Origin: Myxococcota bacterium
GTDB lineage: Bacteria > Myxococcota_A > UBA9042 > PHBI01 > JAWLBL01
Direction of reading: 5' to 3'
Assembly (NCBI GenBank): GCA_041687695.1
Contig: JAWLBL010000023.1
Coordinates: 91,840 to 155,839, forward strand
DNA length: 64,000 bases
The translations under genes and the position numbers were made by a program. A model generated the notes under the pieces. The model was not told where the DNA came from and did no database searches. It worked only from the letters and a program-made list of their open reading frames with translations. Below, in pieces: positions 29,181-36,874 of the stretch; position 1 is the stretch's first letter, and each line of letters begins with the position of its first letter.

Positions 29181-29534
29181 ATGCTCGTCCCAGCCGTCAT
29201 CCTCTTCGCCACCGCCGCCGTCGGCGGCGCCTACCTCGCCTTCGTCCGCGCCCGCAGCGGTCAGAACCCGCCCCTGGCCGTCGCCATCGTCCACGGCGTG
29301 TTGGCCGCCTCGGGCCTCATCACCCTGCTCGTCCACGTGGTCCGTGCGGAGCTCCCGACCCTCCCGACCGTCGCCGCCGGCCTGTTCGTCGTCGCCGCGC
29401 TCGGCGGCTTCGCCCTCGTCGCGACGCACCTTCGACGCACGCTCATCTCGCTGGCCCTCGTCGGCGTCCACGCCGTCGCGGCGGTCACCGGATTCGTGCT
29501 GCTCGTCTGGGCGGCCTTCGCGAGCGCCCCATGA
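29181..29534 (+). CDS. Small 4-TM membrane protein
   Basis: AGGAG RBS; internally repeated His motifs (VHGVLAASG / VHAVAAVTG). Confidence 0.75.
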   Translation: MLVPAVILFATAAVGGAYLAFVRARSGQNPPLAVAIVHGVLAASGLITLLVHVVRAELPTLPTVAAGLFVVAALGGFALVATHLRRTLISLALVGVHAVAAVTGFVLLVWAAFASAP

Positions 29535-29989
29535 CCCGCCGCCCGCGCCTGCTGGGGCATCCGCTGCACCCGATCACCGTGCACGTCCCGCTCGGCCTCC
29601 TCCTCGCGGGGACGGCCTTCGACCTCCTCGCGCTCACCGTCGCTGGCCCTTGGCCCGACCGCGCCCAGGCCGTCCTCGCCGCCGGCCTGATCGCGTCCGT
29701 CCCGACCCTCGCCACCGGCTTCGTCGAGCTGGTCGCCATCCCACCTCGCGCCCGCCACGCCCGCCTCGCCACCCTGCACCTCGTGTGCGCCTCCGCGGCG
29801 CTCGCCTCCTACCTGGCCTCGCTCGCCTTACGCTGGGACGAGCCGTCGCCGCCCTCGGCCGCGACGCTGCTGACCAGCCTGGCGGGCGCCGCCCTACTCG
29901 GCGTGACTGGGTGGCTGGGCGCGGAGCTCGTCTACGGCTACGGTGAAGGCGTCCGCGCGCCACAGACCCACCTCGAGGACCCATCGTGA
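29531..29989 (+). CDS. DUF2231-like membrane protein
   Basis: GHPLHPITVHVPLG; GWLGAELVYGYGEGV. Confidence 0.85.
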   Translation: MTRRPRLLGHPLHPITVHVPLGLLLAGTAFDLLALTVAGPWPDRAQAVLAAGLIASVPTLATGFVELVAIPPRARHARLATLHLVCASAALASYLASLALRWDEPSPPSAATLLTSLAGAALLGVTGWLGAELVYGYGEGVRAPQTHLEDPS

Positions 29990-30675
29990 CCGCCCCGTCC
30001 CACCCGGCCTCGACCGACGCCGAGATCGTGCGCGCCATCGCTGCCGGGCAGCCCCACCTCTTCGCCGCCCTGATGCGCCGCCACAACCAGCGCCTCTTCC
30101 GCATCGCGCGCGCCATCCTGCCCGACGACGACGACGCGATCGACGCGCTGCAGGAGGCCTACGTGAAGGCCTACCAGCGCCTCGACCAGCTGGCCGCCGC
30201 CGATCGCGTCGACGCCTGGCTCGCCCGCATCGTCCGCAACGAGGCCCTCATGGCGCGGCGCCGCCGCTGGCGCGAGGTTCGACTCGACGACCATCGGGAG
30301 GCCGCGCTGGCCTCCGGGGAGGCCTGGATGACCACGGAAACGCGCACACCGGAAGCCAACGCAGCCCTGAGCGACCTGCGCGACCTCCTCGAAGCGTCCG
30401 TCGACGGCCTCGCCGAGGACTTCCGCGAGGTCTTCGTCCTGCGGGCGGTCGCAGGCCTCAGCGTCCGCGAGATCGGCGCGCTCCTCGACCTCCCCGACGG
30501 CACGGTCAAGACGCGCTACTTCAGGGCCCGCCAGGCCCTGCGGCTCGACCTCGAGCGCCGCCTGGCGTCCCCGCTGGCGGCGCTGTACGCCTTCGATGGC
30601 GCCCGCTGCGACCGCATCGTCCTGGCGGTGCTGACCCGCCTCGGCCTCACCCCACCCGCCGGAACGCCCCGCTGA
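29986..30675 (+). CDS. ECF sigma factor with C-terminal RCD extension
   Basis: MRRHNQRLFRIARAIL, region 4 GTVKTRYFRAR, tail FDGARCDRIV. Confidence 0.9.
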   Translation: MTAPSHPASTDAEIVRAIAAGQPHLFAALMRRHNQRLFRIARAILPDDDDAIDALQEAYVKAYQRLDQLAAADRVDAWLARIVRNEALMARRRRWREVRLDDHREAALASGEAWMTTETRTPEANAALSDLRDLLEASVDGLAEDFREVFVLRAVAGLSVREIGALLDLPDGTVKTRYFRARQALRLDLERRLASPLAALYAFDGARCDRIVLAVLTRLGLTPPAGTPR

Positions 30676-31070
30676 GGTCCACGACCTCGTGTTCGACGCC
30701 CGAATCCAGACGCTCTCGGTGCACCGGCTCTGTGGGATCCGGGTGCCGCGCCCGTGAGTCCGAGGAGTCACCCGACAGGGCTGCTGTCCCAGGGCGTCCT
30801 TTTGGCCCGGAGCGCCCCAGCCACTGTCCGGCGCGCTCCGCCCACTACCGCGGACGCCTGGATGCACCTCGGTCGGTCCGTGAGCCAGAACCGCTTGACG
30901 AGCCTGCGTCCCGTGTAGTTGCCTGCCCGCGGCGTCGTTGCCCCAGCCCGCTACCTGGCGCTTCGGTCTGGGTCAAGGGCGCGCTTGACCTTGCCGCTCA
31001 CGGACGAGGCTGTACAGAGGAGCCGAGCTTGAAGTCTCTACTGAAGGCGCGACGCATACCAGGAACGCCA

Positions 31071-31556
31071 ATGACCGCCGCGCTCGCGGCTTGTCTGGCG
31101 CTGACAGGACCGGTGGGCCGGGTCGAAGCCGCCGACGAACGCAGCACCTGGGAGCCTCCCCCCGACGCGGTGGAGCCCTCCGCATGGTACGAGAGTCCGG
31201 GGCTGCTCCTGACGAGCTCCGGAGTCCTGGTGCTGGGGGCGGGCCTCGCATGGTTCTTCGTGGCCGACAGCCGCTACGAGTCGGCCTTGGACCGCGTCAC
31301 ATGCACGTCGGGGCCGCCAACGTGTCCTACGTACGAGGAACGTATCGTCCTGGCGGAGGAGGCAGCCGCGATGCGTCCGCAGCGAGTCTACGCGGGCGCG
31401 GTGGCCGGCGTCGGCGGCGCCCTGCTCGTGTCAGGGGTCATCACCCTGATCCTCACGGCCGACAGCGGAGACGACGCGGCGGCCTGGTCGAACCTGCGCA
31501 TCGTCCCCGATGTGGCGACCGGAGCCGGGCACGTCCAGTGGCATGTGCGCTTCTGA
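31071..31556 (+). CDS. Hypothetical exported/membrane protein
   Basis: AGGA RBS; signal-like N-terminus, two hydrophobic helices, C-terminal Phe. Confidence 0.55.
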   Translation: MTAALAACLALTGPVGRVEAADERSTWEPPPDAVEPSAWYESPGLLLTSSGVLVLGAGLAWFFVADSRYESALDRVTCTSGPPTCPTYEERIVLAEEAAAMRPQRVYAGAVAGVGGALLVSGVITLILTADSGDDAAAWSNLRIVPDVATGAGHVQWHVRF

Positions 31557-31606
31557 GGCCACCCTGCGTCGCAAGTCCCGTTCGTTTCGTTCGATTGGAG
31601 CCCTCC

Positions 31607-32035
31607 GTGTCCACCATCGCATTCAGACTCCTTGCGCTCGCGCTCATCGCGTCGACCGCGGCCGCGACCGTGACGGGCTGCGTGGTGAAGTACCCCCACT
31701 CGGTCGTCACCTCGCCCGCGCTCACCGAGCTGCGAGAGGGCGAGCCTCGCACGACGCGAGAGGGCCGCGCTTGCGCGCTCTTCGTCTTCCACCTTCCGTT
31801 CTTCGCCGTGGGTGACATGTCCACCAACACCGCCATGGGCGCCATCATGCGGGGTGAACGCCGCGCCCTCGCCCTGGCCACCGTGGACGAGGAAGTGACC
31901 AACTACATCCTGGCCCATCGACGGTGTACGGTCGTCCGCGGGCACTTCGTGCCGCCGCCCGAGACCGGCGCCGCCCTCGACCCCGGGCGAGCCGGCGACT
32001 CGAACGCCCCCCTCGCGCAGGCCAGCGAACCCTGA
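31607..32035 (+). CDS. TRL-like small lipoprotein
   Basis: Lipobox VTGC; GRAC...GDMS..TA...VD...CTVVRG pattern. Confidence 0.7.
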   Translation: MSTIAFRLLALALIASTAAATVTGCVVKYPHSVVTSPALTELREGEPRTTREGRACALFVFHLPFFAVGDMSTNTAMGAIMRGERRALALATVDEEVTNYILAHRRCTVVRGHFVPPPETGAALDPGRAGDSNAPLAQASEP

Positions 32036-32080
32036 CACCAGGACTCGCCAGGTCCAGCCACGTTCCACCTGCGTCCTGGG

Positions 32081-32182
32081 CTCGCCGCCAAGAGACCACC
32101 CAGGAGCCCGACGACCGGACTGCACGAGCTCGCTCGTGCTCCGGCGTAGCGCGGCTCGCCGCGCTGAATGCGAGGCGTGGCG
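32081..32182 (+). repeat. Dispersed palindromic intergenic repeat, copy 1
   Basis: The core 32121-32182 differs at only 2 positions from 61078-61139; weaker similarity extends about 40 bp upstream. Confidence 0.9.
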
Positions 32183-32203
32183 AAACTCACCGCGATGTGC
32201 CCG

Positions 32204-33169
32204 TCACCGCCCCTTGGGCGGGAAATGGATGAAGCCGCGCACGCTGCCGAGGGGCGCCGCGGCCACCTCCTCGGGCGTGAGCGCCTCGCAGATCGGCTCG
32301 CTCTCGACCAGGTGCCAGGTCGTGTACTGTTCCGAGAGGTACTTCCACTCCGGCGGCACATAATGGCTCTCGTACTGGTACTCGTAGCGCGTCACCCAGC
32401 GCGTCACGGGCTCGCTCTTGCACTCGTTCTTCATCTCGTACCGCGTCACCGAGCGGCCCTTGGGAACGCTGCGATAGGACTTCGAGGCGTAGTCATATTG
32501 CCGCTCATATAGCGGTGATCGACCAGATTGAGCCCGAAGGGCGGTGTCCATGGCGTCTCTGGCAAGGAGGAAACCGGAGGCGATGCCCAAGCATCGCCGA
32601 GGATTGACGACGCCGTCCAGAGGCGTCATGGGCGCCGTCCGGCGGGTTCAAGCTGGTCGGTCACCGCGGTAAGTGGTCTCGTACCGCGTCACGGGCTTAC
32701 TCACCAACTGGCAGCGGTACTGGTACTCGGTGACCTGCCGTGTCACCGGCTCGAGGACCTGCCGCTGCTCCATGCGTCCCGGCTTGTGGACCACCCGCGT
32801 GCGCGTCTCGACCTCGGCCTCGGGCCCAACCAGCGTCGTGCACCGCGTCGCCTCGCCCTCGATCTCCGTCACGATGTCGATCTCCAGCCCGCTCACATAC
32901 TCGGCGCCCCGTGCACGCGCGCTCTCCAGGAACGCCAGCACCAGCCTCGTCCCGTCGCGCTCCTCGCCGAACGGCTGCGCGAACGGCACGCGCTCGAGCC
33001 CCAGCCGCGCGACCTCGCCCTCCGCCAGGATCCGTATCCCCGGCACCTTCTGGCTCTCGTACCCGCGCCCGTGGTGATGACACCCCACCAAGCCCAGCGC
33101 CGCAAAGAACCCCAGCGCCATCGCAGCCGTGCCGCTCGGTCCCACCCGGAGTCTCCGTCGCATCACCAT
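32204..33169 (-). pseudogene. Lipoprotein with PVTR-x-x-T-x-Y repeats, interrupted by a MITE
   Basis: Lipobox LVGC. The two halves are in the same frame; removing 32510-32671 joins ...YETT-Y-ERQYDY. Confidence 0.85.
32510..32669. mobile_element. 160-bp MITE, IS630/Tc1-mariner-like (TA target duplication)
   Basis: Imperfect 27-bp TIRs (tagcggtgatcgaccagattgagcccg versus the reverse complement ccgcggtgaccgaccagcttgaacccg), flanked by TA at 32508-32509 and 32670-32671. Confidence 0.85.
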
Positions 33170-33204
33170 CGCCCACATTCCCTGCAACCCATCGTCCCAA
33201 TTCC

Positions 33205-34494
33205 TCATCTCGTCCGCCGCCGGCGCCACGCCAGCAGGCCACCCGCCGCGCTCGCGACCAGCGCCCCACCGGCCGCCCCGCCGCCCGCACACGAGCCGCC
33301 GCGCCCCGACCGGCCGCCCTCGGCATCCGGTGTCGTCGTCGTGTCGTCGCCCGCGACTACGTCCCCCGCGGGCCCGACGGGCTCGGCGGTCGCCTCCGGC
33401 CCCGGCTCGGCGACCTCCTCGGGACCGGGGACCTCCGGCTCCACCGGCTCGCCGTGCAACGCCGCGTCACATCCCTTGCGCTCGCACACCAAGGGCGGCA
33501 GCGGCTCGTCCCGCTGTGGCGAGGCGCTCGGCGCGCACACCTTGCCCGCAGCGACGACCTCTCCCAGGGCCAGGTTCGTCAGCTCGGCCTCGACGCAGAA
33601 CTCGTCCACGCTGGGCCACTCGAAGGCCTTCGACGACAAGGTGAACCCGCTCTCGAGCACCACCGGCACCCCGTCGGACACCGGATGCCGATGCTCCACC
33701 TGGACCCCCACGATCCCCACCAGCGGGTCCTTCCGGATGGTCAGCAGGTGATGGTACGGCCCACCCGCCGCCAACCCGCTCGGCGTCACCGTCGCCTCGA
33801 AGCCGTAGCGCGCCCCGGCCCCGTGCTCGTGCCAACAGCACACCTCGGGCGCGCCCTCGCACGCGACCGCGTCCGCGCGAGTGCACTCGGTCCCGTACTT
33901 CACGACCGCGCCGTCCCGCACCGTGAGCCTGGCCTCGATGTCCAGCGTCGCCGGCACGACCGCCTCGGCGGCGACCTCGAACGTCACCGAGCGCTCAAAC
34001 CCCTGATAGTAGCAGTCCCAAGAGTCATCGGCCTCCGGCGGCGGCGCGACCGTCACCGTCGCCTCGTAGCTCCCGGCCGCCAGCGCGCCAGACGGCCGCC
34101 AATACAGCTGCCGCGGCAGGAAGGCCGGCCCTCCGGTAGCCTCGGGCAGCGGCTCGACGACCCCGACCCCCAGCTCGCCCTCGACCGGCCCGCCACCGAC
34201 CGCCTTCACCACGACCTCGAGCCCGTAGAGCGCCTCCCCACCCGGCGGCACCCCCTCGACCTCGGCCCACACCGCGGGCAGCAGCACCGTCGGCTGCGCC
34301 GGCATCCCGGTGAAGCTCGCCGGCAGCGCAAGCCCCGGCACCCACCACGACGCCTTGCAGGTCGTCGCCACGGTCTCGGCCCCGGCTACGCCCGCCAGCG
34401 GCCCCATCAGCCCCACCGCGGCCACGACCCCGACTCCCCACCAGCGCCCCCGCATCCCCAGCCCAGCCGACCCTCGAGCGCCCTGCATGGTCAT
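33205..34494 (-). CDS. Secreted Cys-containing protein with MYXO-CTERM-like anchor
   Basis: Signal peptide; EP-rich linker; GGSC-Gly-TM-WRRRR tail. Start could instead be 34455. Confidence 0.75.
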   Translation of the reverse strand: MTMQGARGSAGLGMRGRWWGVGVVAAVGLMGPLAGVAGAETVATTCKASWWVPGLALPASFTGMPAQPTVLLPAVWAEVEGVPPGGEALYGLEVVVKAVGGGPVEGELGVGVVEPLPEATGGPAFLPRQLYWRPSGALAAGSYEATVTVAPPPEADDSWDCYYQGFERSVTFEVAAEAVVPATLDIEARLTVRDGAVVKYGTECTRADAVACEGAPEVCCWHEHGAGARYGFEATVTPSGLAAGGPYHHLLTIRKDPLVGIVGVQVEHRHPVSDGVPVVLESGFTLSSKAFEWPSVDEFCVEAELTNLALGEVVAAGKVCAPSASPQRDEPLPPLVCERKGCDAALHGEPVEPEVPGPEEVAEPGPEATAEPVGPAGDVVAGDDTTTTPDAEGGRSGRGGSCAGGGAAGGALVASAAGGLLAWRRRRTR

Positions 34495-34691
34495 CGTCCC
34501 TTCGACAGTCGTTGCCCGCGCCGCGAGCGCCTCCAGATGAGCCCACGCAGTACACCACCCCAGCGCGCTCGCGTCCAGAGGCCTTGGCGATGGCAAGCGC
34601 CAGCGGTCCTCTTTCTCTTTGACGTCGCGGCGGGCCTGGATGAGATTGCGCCCGTGAGGCCGCGCCCCCACCGCCGGCCCCTGGAGCTGCG

Positions 34692-35267
34692 ATGCAGGCG
34701 TTCTTGCGCTCGACCGAGATCATCGACTGGCATGACGCCGACGTTCTGGCGCGAGCCACGGCGCTGGCCCAGGGCGAGACCGATCCGGTCGTCGTCGCCC
34801 GACGCTGCTTCGAGTGGGTGCGCGACGAGATCCGTCACAGCCGCGACTACGGGCTGCAAGTGGTCACCGCCTCGGCCTCCGAGGCCCTGCGCGTCGGCAG
34901 CGGCTACTGCTACGCCAAGAGCCATCTGCTCGCGGCCCTGCTGCGCGCCAACGGCCTGCCGGCCGGGATCTGCTACCAGCGCCTCAGCCGGGACGGCTCC
35001 GGCGCGCCCTTTTGCCTCCACGCCTTCAACGCCGTCTGGCTGCACGGCTTCGGCTGGTATCGCATCGACGCGCGCGGCAATCGCGCCGACATCGACGCGC
35101 AGTTCACCCCGCCGGCCGAGAGGCTGGCCTTCTCGACGATCTCGCCTGGCGAAGCCGACCTGCCGGACGTCTTCCCGGACCCGCTCCCCGCGGTCGTATC
35201 GGCCCTGCGCGCCCACGCGACGGCCGACGCCCTGTGGCACTCCCTCCCGGATTTCGAGCTGGTGTAG
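34692..35267 (+). CDS. Transglutaminase-like cysteine protease
   Basis: GYCYAKSHL (C), HAFNAV (H), WYRIDARGN (D). Confidence 0.9.
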   Translation: MQAFLRSTEIIDWHDADVLARATALAQGETDPVVVARRCFEWVRDEIRHSRDYGLQVVTASASEALRVGSGYCYAKSHLLAALLRANGLPAGICYQRLSRDGSGAPFCLHAFNAVWLHGFGWYRIDARGNRADIDAQFTPPAERLAFSTISPGEADLPDVFPDPLPAVVSALRAHATADALWHSLPDFELV

Positions 35268-35295
35268 CGCGGCAAGCCTGGGGGGAAGAAGGAGG

Positions 35296-35592
35296 TCAGC
35301 TCGGCGGCGGATCGGTCGGCGGCTCGCGCTCGTCGGTCTCGCCGCGGACGACGGCGCCGGCCCGCGCGACCGCCTCCAGGATGCTGCGGGCGTGGGGCAG
35401 CAGGCGCTCGCCCTCGGCGGTCAGGCGCACGCCGCGCGGCAGCCGCTCGAACAGCTGCGCGCCGAGCTCGTCCTCGAGCTGCTGGATGCGCCGGGTCAGA
35501 GGCGGCTGCGAGATGTGCAGCTTCAGCGCCGCGCGGGCGAGGGCGCCCTCTTCGGCGACGGTCACGAAGGTGCGGATCTGCTCGAAGCTCAT
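35296..35592 (-). CDS. LysR-type regulator, HTH domain only (98 aa)
   Basis: FVTVAEEG..ARAA.KLHISQPPLTRRIQQLEDELGAQLFERLPRGVRLT; no effector domain. Confidence 0.85.
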   Translation of the reverse strand: MSFEQIRTFVTVAEEGALARAALKLHISQPPLTRRIQQLEDELGAQLFERLPRGVRLTAEGERLLPHARSILEAVARAGAVVRGETDEREPPTDPPPS

Positions 35593-35629
35593 GGCCGCCA
35601 GGGTAACACGAGCCGGCCGCCCGCGAGGC

Positions 35630-35644
35630 ATGCTCAATCGGTAT
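35630..35644. promoter_or_regulatory. Putative LysR box (T-N11-A)
   Basis: ATGC-N7-GTAT between the divergent lysR and map genes. Confidence 0.5.
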
Positions 35645-35680
35645 TGGTCGCGCGACCCGGCGGCGGCTACCACTGGCCCC

Positions 35681-36442
35681 ATGAACGCCCTGCCTCGACA
35701 CGATCTCGCCGCCCAACGCGCCCTGCGGCGCGCCGGCCGCGTCGCCGCCGCCACCCTGGCCCACGTCGCCGCGCGACTGCGCCCCGGGATGACCACCGCC
35801 GACATCGACCAGCTGGTCCGCGCCGACACCCGCCGCCGCGGCGGCGTCCCCAGCCAGCTGGGCTACGAGGGCTTCCCGGCCGCCGTGTGCACCAGCCGCA
35901 ACCACGTGGTCTGCCACGGGATCCCGTCGCCGGCCGAGGTCCTCGCCGACGGCGACATCGTCAACGTCGACGTCACGACCCGCATCGGCGGCTACCACGG
36001 CGACACCTCGGCCACCTTCTTCATCGGGCGCCCCTCGCCCGAGGCCCGCCACGTCACCGAGGTGGCCCGTCGCGCGCTCGAGGTCGGTATCGCCGCCGCC
36101 CGCCCCGGCCGTCCGCTGGGCGAGGTCGGCGCCGCCATCGAGCGCTTCGTCGCGACCGAGGGCTGCAGCGTCGTCGCCGACTTCGGCGGCCACGGCATCG
36201 GCCGCCGCATGCACGAGCCGCCCCACGTCCACCACACCGGCCCGGCGCACCGCGGCCCCCTCCTGCGCCCGGGCCTGGCCTTCACCATCGAGCCCATGGT
36301 CAACCTCGGCCGCCCCGAGGTCGCCCTGCTCGACGACGGCTGGACGGTCGTCACCGCCGACGGCCGCCTGTCGGCCCAGTTCGAGCACACCCTCCTGATG
36401 ACCCCGACCGGGCCCGAGGTGCTGACCCGCCCGCCGCTCTAG
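35681..36442 (+). CDS. map: Type I methionine aminopeptidase
   Basis: CTSRNHVVCHGIP, GDIVNVDV, GDTS, GHGIG..MHE, FTIEPM, SAQFEHT. Confidence 0.95.
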   Translation: MNALPRHDLAAQRALRRAGRVAAATLAHVAARLRPGMTTADIDQLVRADTRRRGGVPSQLGYEGFPAAVCTSRNHVVCHGIPSPAEVLADGDIVNVDVTTRIGGYHGDTSATFFIGRPSPEARHVTEVARRALEVGIAAARPGRPLGEVGAAIERFVATEGCSVVADFGGHGIGRRMHEPPHVHHTGPAHRGPLLRPGLAFTIEPMVNLGRPEVALLDDGWTVVTADGRLSAQFEHTLLMTPTGPEVLTRPPL

Positions 36443-36874
36443 CCCGCGAGCCGCCGCGCCGCGCTTCCCGCTGGCCCACGGTCGCCGGTGGCCGGGTCGG
36501 TGTCGGGCCGGCCTCGCGTCAGGGGGCCGGGATCCTGATGAACAGACGCGCCAATAGGCCATCGCCGCCCCAAGCGACCCGACATTCAAGCGCCGCGCGA
36601 GTTCCTAGGTTCCGGCGGCCGCCTCGCTTGGTGGAGTCACGGAAGTTGCCGACGAGGACGTCCGATCTCGGGTGGCGGGGACGAGGGGAGGGCAGCGCCG
36701 TCGCGAACGGCTTCGAGGGACGTGACCCCTGAGGTCGGGAGGTGGGCATCATCGGGCCCTTACTCGAGAGGTCATTGCGGGGCGCGGGCGGACACGCGTA
36801 AGGTCCCGCGCATGCTCTCCCATCGCGAACACTTCGAGCGCCCGGGCGCGGCCGCCCGCCCGGCGTGTGGCCCC

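Noticed and set aside
32648..32650. Selenocysteine TGA joining the two in-frame ORFs
   Set aside because: The TGA lies within the MITE terminal repeat, and the insertion explains the break more simply.
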